Assembly: GCA_965219455.1 (NCBI GenBank)
Contig: OZ244744.1
Location: 544,001-608,000, forward strand
DNA length: 64,000 bases
Direction of reading: 5' to 3'
Source: Candidatus Latescibacterota bacterium
GTDB lineage: Bacteria > Latescibacterota > UBA2968 > GCA-2709665
Shown: piece after piece, positions 9,995-18,241 of the stretch
Layout: each line of letters opens with the position of its first letter
How positions within the stretch are numbered: the first letter of the stretch is position 1
Position numbers and translations under genes: made by a program
The notes under the pieces: model-generated
What the model saw: only the letters and a program-made list of their open reading frames with translations
What the model was told of the DNA's origin: nothing
The model's database searches: none

Positions 9995-11581
9995 TTACGT
10001 TGCCGTCGGCCTGTTTTCTCGTTCGTTTCGGATCAGGTCCAGGTCCGTGCTGAAGAGGTCGCGGATATCGTCAATTCCCAGGGCCACCATCGCCATACGG
10101 TCAATGCCCAGACCCCATGCAATGACGGGAACATCGACGCCGAGGGGGCGCGTGAGTTCGGGCCGGAAAAGGCCCGCGCCGCCGAATTCGATCCAGCCCA
10201 ACGAGGGGTGCCTGGCCTGAAGTTCTACCGAGGGCTCCGTGAACGGGAAATAATCCGGCACAAACCGACATTCCTCCGACTGCGCGATTTCCAGCGCGAA
10301 GAGCTTGAGCAGACCGAGCAGACTCCGGAAGTTGATGGTCTCACCCAGCACGATACCCTCCACCTGAAAAAAGTCCGCCGCATGGGTAGCGTCGACGTCG
10401 TCGTACCGGAAGCAGCGCGCCACGGCGAAATATTTCCCCGGGATATTCGGGCCGGACGCAAGCGTTCGGGCCGACAGCGCGGTACCCTGGCTGCGCAGGA
10501 TGAGACGGCGGGCGCGTCCCGGGCTGAATTCGTATCGCCAGCCGCGGGAGCCCGTGTCGCCACCGTTGGCGTGGGCCGCGGCCACGTTCGAAAAGAAGGG
10601 TTCTTCGATCGCTTTCGAACGGGTGGGTTCCTTTACGAAATAGGCGTCGTGGATATTTCGCGCGGCGTGGAACTGCGGCATGAACAGGGCATCCATGTTC
10701 CAGAATTCGGTTTCCACCAGGGGACCCTTCATTTCTTCAAAGCCCAGGGAGAGCAGTTTGCGCCGAACGCCGTCGAGATAGGCCCGGTAGGGGTGGTGGC
10801 GGCCGATTAGAATTCGCGGGGGTTTGATGCTGATGTCGTAACGGCGGAACGAGACGTTCTTCCAGTCGCCGGACTGGAGCATTTCCGGCGTCAGGCGGGA
10901 GACCTCTTCGCCGGTCAGCCTGGTTTCCAGAATGCGGCGAAGCGTCCGGACGCCCGACGGTGTGAGTTTGTACCTGCGCTCCAGGCGTTCGTCCACGCGG
11001 ACGGCTGCTTTGCCCTTGCCGCGTTTGCTCGTTTTTTGCCGGATATAGGTCTGTATTTCTTCTGTGAAGTCTGCGAGATTCAGGACGGCCTCGTCGCCGG
11101 CCTCCTGGAAGCGATGAAAAAGCCCGGGCATGAGCCTTTTCGTATAGAACGCGGCTTTTTCGGGATTGTCGATGCGGATGGCGGCGCCCTCCTGCCGGAT
11201 CGTGCCTTCGGCCTTCAGCCCACCGAAGGCACTGCCCCATTCTCCGCGATCGAAGCGCGTGTCTGCCTGGAGATCCTTGAGTGTGGGTGCGGGGTCTTTT
11301 CCTGCCCGCGTCAAAAGCGCGACTTCCGGCGTGGCGCCGATGCCGGCCTGGGCGACCCCCGATTCGGTGAGGCTGACGGTTGAGACCGAGGCTTCAGCGG
11401 CGACCTCGAGCAGGTTTTTGGAACGCAGCCATTCCACGGCGCGCCGGATCTGGCCGGGGCCGATGCCCGCGGCTTCCGGCAGGACGGCGTCGGCGATTTC
11501 GTGGTCCTCACCGCGTTCGAAGGCGCGCAACGTCTTGATTTCGAGGGCGTGAAGAGACGAAAGGTCGATCGGTTGATTCAC
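9995..11581 (-). CDS. pheS: Phenylalanine--tRNA ligase alpha subunit, archaeal/eukaryal (long N-terminus) type
   Basis: 528 aa from a GTG with GGGGAG RBS; LTPEMLQSGDWK, FWNMDALFMPQFHAAR, FRYDDVDATH, YFPFTEPS, GAGLFRPE, AWGLGIDR. Confidence 0.93.
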   Translation of the reverse strand: MNQPIDLSSLHALEIKTLRAFERGEDHEIADAVLPEAAGIGPGQIRRAVEWLRSKNLLEVAAEASVSTVSLTESGVAQAGIGATPEVALLTRAGKDPAPTLKDLQADTRFDRGEWGSAFGGLKAEGTIRQEGAAIRIDNPEKAAFYTKRLMPGLFHRFQEAGDEAVLNLADFTEEIQTYIRQKTSKRGKGKAAVRVDERLERRYKLTPSGVRTLRRILETRLTGEEVSRLTPEMLQSGDWKNVSFRRYDISIKPPRILIGRHHPYRAYLDGVRRKLLSLGFEEMKGPLVETEFWNMDALFMPQFHAARNIHDAYFVKEPTRSKAIEEPFFSNVAAAHANGGDTGSRGWRYEFSPGRARRLILRSQGTALSARTLASGPNIPGKYFAVARCFRYDDVDATHAADFFQVEGIVLGETINFRSLLGLLKLFALEIAQSEECRFVPDYFPFTEPSVELQARHPSLGWIEFGGAGLFRPELTRPLGVDVPVIAWGLGIDRMAMVALGIDDIRDLFSTDLDLIRNERENRPTAT

Positions 11582-11655
11582 TCGAATACTCCCTGGAATT
11601 GGGCGTCCGAAACTGGCGGACGTTGATGCGGCACAGGGTTTGGCACCCCCCGGCA

Positions 11656-11978
11656 AAAAAAAACCTTTCATCCCCTTAGGGACGAAAGGACGTGATATCT
11701 TCCGCGGTACCACCCTATTTGCGCCAGATAAGCGCCGCTTTGCGGGCGGCCATTACCGCCCCTCTCCGTTGTCGGCGAGAGTCACCGGCGCAGCCTACTA
11801 ACGGTTGCCGCGAGATCAGCCACACCTTCTTTCAGACCGGGGACTGAATCCTGCAACCGCATTCAGCGTTGCAGCTCGAGAGGGAACTTCGGCCGTTCAT
11901 GCCGCGAGGGCGCTTTCAGTCCGGGGCGCCCCCTCCCTTTCCGGTTGGGGACGGCTTACTTTCCTCCGTCATTGCTTT
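11656..11978 (-). promoter_or_regulatory. T-box riboswitch (Phe, UUC specifier) with terminator, upstream of pheS-pheT
   Basis: Minus strand: stem I with AGTA, AGGGA and CTGAA elements and specifier GAAG-TTC (plus 11884-11886); T-box AATAGGGTGGTACCGCG (plus 11703-11719); terminator CCTTTCGTCCC-TAAG-GGGATGAAAGG followed by a T run. Confidence 0.92.
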
Positions 11979-11985
11979 GGGTGAG

Positions 11986-12014
11986 ATAATAGGATATCGG
12001 AGGTAATCTGTCAA
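11986..12014 (-). promoter_or_regulatory. sigma70-type promoter of the T-box/pheST leader
   Basis: Minus strand TTGACA (plus 12009-12014), 17 nt spacer, TATTAT (plus 11986-11991), immediately before T-box stem I. Confidence 0.7.
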
Positions 12015-12105
12015 GTGTAAAGGAAGAAACCAGCAAACAGCAGTCAGCATACAGCGCAGACAGCGGCTATATCAATCGACCCATATCCGCGCCTATGTTG
12101 CAATT

Positions 12106-12131
12106 GTAGGGGCAACCCTTGTGGTTGCCCT
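12106..12131 (+). repeat. GTAG-type REP palindrome
   Basis: GTAG-GGGCAACC-CTTGT-GGTTGCCC-T; identical copy at 15687-15712. Confidence 0.8.
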
Positions 12132-12266
12132 TGTCTCGTCGCGGTGCCAGCCAAATCCACAGCGCGAATTGAAAATTTGCTATTTGAAACTCCGGATGTG
12201 TATCTTCTTTAAGTACGATTACCGATGAAACCGGTTGTTCGATTCCGATTCCTGCAGGAGCCTTCC

Positions 12267-15200
12267 GTGAAGGACCGACATGCACTTTTGCCGCGGTTTT
12301 CCATTTCGCGGCCGGTCACGGTGGCCATGTGCCTCGTGGCGCTGCTGGTGATTGGCAGCGTGTCGTACATGAAAATACGCCTGCAGGCCTTTCCTTCCGG
12401 ATGGGAGTGGAAGCGACTGTGGGTATGGGTCGACAGCCGGGACACGTCGCCCAAGGAGAACGACCAGGAAATCTGCCGGCTGTTCGAGACCTACCTGGGA
12501 ACGGTGAAAAATCTCAGGTCAATGCGTACATGGGCCGATAAAGACTGGGCGGATGCCAGTCTGAGGTTCCGCCCGGAGACCGATATGTCTCTGGCCTATA
12601 ACCAGGTAATGGACCGGCTGGACCGCCTGAAACTTGAATTACCCCCCGAGAAACGCGATCGGACAGGGGTATGGAAGTATAACGAAGAGACCGACCAGGA
12701 GATTATATGGATGGGGCTTGCCCCGCCGGCGGGTGTCGACGATATCCAGTCATTTATTGAAAACAAGGTGCAGCGACGTCTCGAACGAATCGACGGGGTG
12801 GCGAAAATCTCTTTCTGGGGGCGTTTCAGGAAGGAGATTATGGTGGTCGTGTTCCAGGAGCGCATGCGTTCGCTGGGCGTTCGACCCGCCGACGTGGTTC
12901 AAGCGTTGCAGGGAGAGAATTTCGCGCTGGCCGGCGGTTACGTACACGAGGGCGGCAAGAAGTATTTTATCCGCTCCCTGGCGCGGTATAAGGATATTGA
13001 TGAGATCCGGCGGATTCCCATCAGACGCTCGAACGGCCTGGGACCCGTCAGTGTGGCCGACGTCGGGGGCGTGCGATTCGGGAGACCGCCGGACCTGGGA
13101 TCGTGGCGAATCAATGGAAAGGAAGCCGTCGGACTGGATGTATACAAGGAGTCCAGCGCCAATGTGGTGGACGTGTCCAGCCTGGTGAAGGAGGAACTGG
13201 AACGGATCGACCGGGAAACCGGCGCGCAGTTCAATGTTATGTGGGACCAGGGAAGGGCGGTGCGGGATTCGATTGACAATATTCGCACGACTGCGATATG
13301 GGGCGCCCTATTTGCCTCCCTGATCCTGCTGTATTTCCTGCGCGCGATCCGGATGACGGCCCTCATCACCCTTTCGATTCCGCTGTGTATCATGATGACG
13401 ATTTCCGTGCTCTATTTTCTGGACTGGTCGCTGAATCTGCTCACGATGATGGGTCTGATGGTGGGGATGGGAATGGTGGTGGACAATGCGATTGTCATTG
13501 TGGAAAACATCTATCGGATGCGCGCAAAGGGAATGGATGTACGCGAGGCGTCCGTTGCCGGAGCCAGCGAGGTGGGCATGGCCATATCGATGGCGACGTT
13601 GACCACGGTTGTGGTTTTTATGCCGCTGATGTTCATGACCGGGGACATCGGGTTGACGTTTGAACTCACCAGGATCGGCATTCCGGTGGTCGTATCGCTG
13701 TTGGGGTCCCTGTTCGTGGCGCTGATCTTCATCCCCCTTGCCGCGAAGTTGCTCGGCAGGCGCGCCGCCACGGAAGATCCGAGGGCGATCCGGTGGCTGC
13801 GCCGCCGATACCACGGCGGTTTGAGATGGATTCTTGCACACCGGCGGGACGCGTCGCTGATCTTCATCATCCTGTTTGTTTCGGTCCTCTATCCGGCGTC
13901 GAACATAAAGAAGACAACCGGGCGCGCCCGTGTGAACAATGAGTTTTATATTCGTTTCACGGCCCCGCCGTTTTTCAAGCGGGCGGAGATGGAGCGGATT
14001 GCTACTCAGATCGAGGATTTCCTGGAAAACAAGCGGGAGACGTATCACATTGAAACGGTGCGGCTGGGTTACTGGCGACAACGCGGCTTTATCCGGGTCT
14101 ATCTAAAAGAAGAGCCGAACCGGGCGTGGTGGCAACAGTTCTACAGGAGCGTTCGAAAGAAGGCCGGTATCCCCGTAAAAGGTCGGATGACGCGGGCGGA
14201 GGTCATCGCCGACGTCAAGAAGCTCATTCCCCGGTTTGTGGGCGTGCGGGTGATGGTACAGACCCGCTGGAGCAGCGATCCCGGCGTTTCGGTCTATCTC
14301 TACGGCGAGGACATCGACGCACTGGCCGGGCTGTCCGAGGCCGTGCGACAACGGGTGGAGGCGATTCCGGACGTCGTGAGCGTGGACACCGACCTGGAGT
14401 TTGCGGAAAAAGAGGTGCAGGTGCTCATCAACAAGGAGCAGGCCCACGCATACGGGATTACGGCCCAGGCCGTGGGCCGTAGCATCTCATATCAATTGCG
14501 TGGCGTCAACCTGGCGCCGTATTACGAGGAGGACCGGAGGATTTCGGTCCGGCTGTTTATGGACGAAGACGACCGCCAGACGCTGGCGCAACTCAAGAGT
14601 TTCCCGTTTCGATCGAAAACCGGGACCCAGATTCCCCTTTCGGCGTTTGCCACGTTCAATATAGCGGACGGCAGTGGCACCATTCGACGTGAGGACGGGA
14701 AGATGCGGATGCGGGTGAGGGCGTACACGACTCAGGAGAATCTGAAAGGGCTGTGGGCCCAGATCGATCGGGCAATGGATAGTTTCGCCATGCCGCGGGG
14801 ATATTCCTGGAACAAGGGAGAGACCTATTCCAGGTTCCGGGAGACCGACGATACGATGTCGTTCGCAATCATGATGGCGATTACCTGCGTATTCCTGCTG
14901 ATGGGCGTGCTGTTCGAGTCGTTCGTTCTGCCGTTTGCGGTGTTGCTGTCAATCCCGTTCGCCTTTCTGGGGGTGTACTGGAGCCTGTTCCTCACGGATA
15001 CCGTGATGGGAAAAATGTCCCAAATGGGCATTATCCTGCTTATCGGCGTGGTGGTGAACAACGCGATCGTGCTGGTGGATATGATCAACCGGCTGAGGGT
15101 GAGCGGCATGAGCCGTGCGGAGGCGATCGAGGAGGCCGGATACAACCGGTTTCGGCCCATTCTGATGACAACCTTCACGACCATCTGCGGATTGTTCCCG

Positions 15201-15404
15201 ATGGCCGCGGGATCGGCGACCATGCTCGGAACGCCCTACGCCCCACTGGGCATCACCATGATCGGCGGGCTGGTTTCATCCACGATATTGACGCTCTTCG
15301 TGGTACCGCTGTTCTATACATATTTGGACGATCTACGCCATTTCCTGAAGGGGTTTGCAGGTACTATTCTCGCTTCGCGAAATGTTGGAAAATCGCGGGA
15401 GTAA
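12267..15404 (+). CDS. RND efflux transporter permease (AcrB/AcrD/AcrF family)
   Basis: ~1045 aa; FSISRPVTV, GMVVDNAIVIVENI, GVVVNNAIVLVD, RFRPILMT; GTG at 12267 with CAGGAG RBS. Confidence 0.92.
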   Translation: MKDRHALLPRFSISRPVTVAMCLVALLVIGSVSYMKIRLQAFPSGWEWKRLWVWVDSRDTSPKENDQEICRLFETYLGTVKNLRSMRTWADKDWADASLRFRPETDMSLAYNQVMDRLDRLKLELPPEKRDRTGVWKYNEETDQEIIWMGLAPPAGVDDIQSFIENKVQRRLERIDGVAKISFWGRFRKEIMVVVFQERMRSLGVRPADVVQALQGENFALAGGYVHEGGKKYFIRSLARYKDIDEIRRIPIRRSNGLGPVSVADVGGVRFGRPPDLGSWRINGKEAVGLDVYKESSANVVDVSSLVKEELERIDRETGAQFNVMWDQGRAVRDSIDNIRTTAIWGALFASLILLYFLRAIRMTALITLSIPLCIMMTISVLYFLDWSLNLLTMMGLMVGMGMVVDNAIVIVENIYRMRAKGMDVREASVAGASEVGMAISMATLTTVVVFMPLMFMTGDIGLTFELTRIGIPVVVSLLGSLFVALIFIPLAAKLLGRRAATEDPRAIRWLRRRYHGGLRWILAHRRDASLIFIILFVSVLYPASNIKKTTGRARVNNEFYIRFTAPPFFKRAEMERIATQIEDFLENKRETYHIETVRLGYWRQRGFIRVYLKEEPNRAWWQQFYRSVRKKAGIPVKGRMTRAEVIADVKKLIPRFVGVRVMVQTRWSSDPGVSVYLYGEDIDALAGLSEAVRQRVEAIPDVVSVDTDLEFAEKEVQVLINKEQAHAYGITAQAVGRSISYQLRGVNLAPYYEEDRRISVRLFMDEDDRQTLAQLKSFPFRSKTGTQIPLSAFATFNIADGSGTIRREDGKMRMRVRAYTTQENLKGLWAQIDRAMDSFAMPRGYSWNKGETYSRFRETDDTMSFAIMMAITCVFLLMGVLFESFVLPFAVLLSIPFAFLGVYWSLFLTDTVMGKMSQMGIILLIGVVVNNAIVLVDMINRLRVSGMSRAEAIEEAGYNRFRPILMTTFTTICGLFPMAAGSATMLGTPYAPLGITMIGGLVSSTILTLFVVPLFYTYLDDLRHFLKGFAGTILASRNVGKSRE

Positions 15405-15606
15405 AGGGTGGTTAACGGAGCCCATGCAGGAACCAGATAAAAGAAGGGTGATGATTGGTTGTGCGATGGATACGCCCATGTATTTCTCGTAAATTATTAT
15501 TATTTATGTTTTTACGCCCTTTTTCTTTCTCGCCAAAGGAAAAGGGCCAAAAAGAACGGCGCCGCTCGGCGCGGGGCCGAGGGTAATACTTGAGGGGTCA
15601 CAAGGC

Positions 15607-15712
15607 GGGCGGTTCGCGAACCGCCCCTACAAAAATCGGACATCCGTGATATTGAAATCGCCGCGTTACGCACAGCGATGGCATTTGTAGGGGCAACCCT
15701 TGTGGTTGCCCT
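15607..15712. repeat. Pair of oppositely oriented GTAG-type REP palindromes
   Basis: GGGCGGTTCGCGAACCGCCC-CTAC (15607-15630) and GTAG-GGGCAACCCTTGTGGTTGCCCT (15687-15712). Confidence 0.75.
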
Positions 15713-16065
15713 CGTCGCGGCGCGCATATCGCCGATTGACATCGCCGGTCCGTATCGCCAATCGCCTTCAGTTGACCGCTAATAGCTGCTCATACTCAGG
15801 AAGCCACGCGGGTTACCATCGCAGCACCATCCCAGAGCTCTACCAGAGCAGAGCGCGTGGTTCCGTCCATCGCCTCCGTCTTGGCATCCTCCTTCGCTGG
15901 TAGGGCACCAGAGATCGCGGGTCCACCGGCGATATTTGCGCTATGCATATGGCAGGCCCCGCGCCTGGCGGCGACTTTTGGTTCCTTTTGGTCGCGTCAA
16001 AAGGAACTCGCCGAAGGCAGGGAATCTGGGGAGAAGTGGTTTTTGTAATTTGCTACAATCAAGAG

Positions 16066-16102
16066 AAGAGGGTCGGGATTGAATCCCGACCCTCTTGTTT
16101 TT
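16066..16102. terminator. Hairpin, probably a terminator for the cox/cupin operon (possibly bidirectional)
   Basis: AAGAGGGTCGGGATT-G-AATCCCGACCCTCTT perfect inverted repeat followed by GTTTTT. Confidence 0.6.
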
Positions 16103-16136
16103 CAATTCAGGCTCTGCGACGCGGCGGTCTGCGTGT

Positions 16137-16502
16137 TTATCCGGGCTTGTCTTCCGGAGGTATGTAGCGGTTGCCCAGGTCCACGTAGTCTTCCCGGACG
16201 GGGCTGAAGATATCCAGCACAACGGCGGGGCCGTCCACCGCGACCGCGCGATGCGGTACATTGGGCGGAATGAGATAGGCGTCGTCCTTCTCAACCGTAC
16301 GGGTGACGTCGCCAATGGTGAGTTCGACCCGACCCTGGAGCATGATGCCGCCCTGCTCGTGCGGATGATGATGCAGCGGCACAACCGCGCCTTCGTCCAT
16401 TTCCAGCAGGGAGATCATGAGATTCTCGCCATAGGGCGCACGGATACGCACGCCGGGCGCCAGTTCGTTAACAGGGATGTCTTTCCAGTCGATGTGCGGC
16501 AT
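16137..16502 (-). CDS. Cupin domain protein
   Basis: VPLHHHPHEQGG and IPPNVPH cupin motifs; VLDIFSPVREDY. Confidence 0.85.
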   Translation of the reverse strand: MPHIDWKDIPVNELAPGVRIRAPYGENLMISLLEMDEGAVVPLHHHPHEQGGIMLQGRVELTIGDVTRTVEKDDAYLIPPNVPHRAVAVDGPAVVLDIFSPVREDYVDLGNRYIPPEDKPG

Positions 16503-16670
16503 GCAGAAACTCAAATTCTGGAAATGGAAGTAATATGTTTTTCGCTATTCAAAACTCAATGGAATCCTTTCGACACATATCGACGTTATGTTCATCTAAA
16601 ACAGCAACTTTTCTTCCCGCCCGTTCGGATTCCCGGCCGGTATCACCGGCGCGGTCACGGGCGACAATCC

Positions 16671-17180
16671 CTACCGGCCGGCGCCCGGCCTTTTGCCGCG
16701 GAGATAGTCCCGCAGGATGCCGTGCTTTACCGTTTCGCCAGGAGCGGCATTGGCCTCGGCCTCGATGGCGCCGAAGAGCTTACGAGTCATCATTTTCGAG
16801 ACGCTCAGGTGCAACCGCTGGCCCACCGCCGCAACGGGACCGCCCAGTTGGACGTTGCCGCTGTAAGATACCTGCGTACCCTCGCCCTCGGCGGCGAGAT
16901 CGATACTGCCCTCACCCTTGACGAACCCGGTCTTGCCCTTCGCGTCGACCATCATGCGATAGCATTCGGGAGGGTTCAGGTCTTCCAGGCGAACCGTGCC
17001 GCTGTAACTGCCCTTGATTGGACCGACGCCCGCGTTGATCTCCAATTCGTACATGTTCTCATCGACCCTTTTCAGTTTCCTGGCGCCGGGTATGCACCTG
17101 GCGAGGGCATCGGGATCGGTGAGCATTTCGAAGACCCGTTCCCGCGGCGCGCTGATCGTATGCGTGCCCTGGATTTTCAA
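16671..17180 (-). CDS. coxG: CoxG/SRPBCC-family accessory protein
   Basis: APRERVFEMLTDPDALARCIPG, VGPIKG, GGPVAAVGQRL; located downstream of coxSLM. Confidence 0.85.
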   Translation of the reverse strand: MKIQGTHTISAPRERVFEMLTDPDALARCIPGARKLKRVDENMYELEINAGVGPIKGSYSGTVRLEDLNPPECYRMMVDAKGKTGFVKGEGSIDLAAEGEGTQVSYSGNVQLGGPVAAVGQRLHLSVSKMMTRKLFGAIEAEANAAPGETVKHGILRDYLRGKRPGAGR

Positions 17181-17285
17181 AAGCGCCTCCTCCGCGCTTC
17201 CGGTGGGGTACGTACGCGCAAGCGCGCGCCCGACTTGCGGTTGCGTCGACGGCGCGCTTGCATCGAACCAATGGACTCGGGCTTG

Positions 17286-18152
17286 TCAGGCCGCCCGTTC
17301 CGCGGCCAGGGTGAGCGCCTGGCGGGTAAAGACTCTTGCCAGATGGGCACGATAGTCGCCCGACGCGTGATGGTCTTCCTGGAACTCTTCAACGCCTTCA
17401 GCGGCTTTATCCGCAGCCGCGGAAATGGTCTCGCTGTTCAGCGGCCCCCCCTGGAGCGCGGCTTCAACGGCCGAGGCCCTGTAGGCCACCGGGGATACGC
17501 CCGTGATGCCGATGCCGACCGAGGCGCAGCTGCCGTTGTCCGGCGTAACCTGAGCGGCAACGCCGCAGATGGCGAATCCCGAGGCGGACTGGTGCATCTT
17601 GACGTATGCGCCGCCGGAGTTGGCCGGCGGTGTGGCGACACGGATCCGGGTAAGGATTTCGTCGTCGTCGATGGCGGTGGTGAGCAGATCTTCGAAGAAA
17701 TCGCCGATGGCAACGCTCCGCTCGCCCCCGGGGCCCGAGATGTCGAGTACGGCGTTCAACGCCAGCATCGTGGCGGGCCAGTCCGACGCGGGGTCCGCGT
17801 GGACCAGGCTGCCGCCAACCGTGCCGCGATTGCGCACCTGGACGTCTCCGATGGCCGAGGCGGTTTCCGGGAGCAGGCCGCACCTGGATTTCAGCAGCCG
17901 GTGGCTTTCTACCGCGTAGTGCGTCGCCAGAGCGCCGATCGAGATGGTTTCGTTGCCGGCGACGACCTTCCTCAGACCCGTGATGCCGCCCAGGTCGATG
18001 AGGGTTGCCGGCGCGGCAAACCGCAGTTTCATCAGCGGAATGAGGCTGTGGCCGCCCGCCAGGATCTTCGCGTCGTCTCCGTGTTCCTGAAGCAGGCTGA
18101 GCGCTTTCCTCAGGGTCTTCGGCGCATGATAGTCGAATGGGCTTGGAATCAT
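17286..18152 (-). CDS. coxM: Molybdenum hydroxylase FAD-binding medium subunit (CoxM-like)
   Basis: FDYHAP, AGGHSLIPLMKLR, IGDVQVRNRGTVGGS, HADPASD. Confidence 0.9.
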   Translation of the reverse strand: MIPSPFDYHAPKTLRKALSLLQEHGDDAKILAGGHSLIPLMKLRFAAPATLIDLGGITGLRKVVAGNETISIGALATHYAVESHRLLKSRCGLLPETASAIGDVQVRNRGTVGGSLVHADPASDWPATMLALNAVLDISGPGGERSVAIGDFFEDLLTTAIDDDEILTRIRVATPPANSGGAYVKMHQSASGFAICGVAAQVTPDNGSCASVGIGITGVSPVAYRASAVEAALQGGPLNSETISAAADKAAEGVEEFQEDHHASGDYRAHLARVFTRQALTLAAERAA

Positions 18153-18241
18153 TATAATTTCTCCAGGTATCGAAATGTTTGAACGTCCGCGCGCGCGCGT
18201 CATCCGGTCTTCCGTGCCCCCCGATGGGCCGGGAAGACAAC

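Noticed and set aside
16095-18182. 695-aa plus-strand ORF and other long antisense ORFs (e.g. 50994-52406, 19595-20734)
   Set aside because: Shadow frames opposite well-supported genes in high-GC DNA, with no recognisable motifs.
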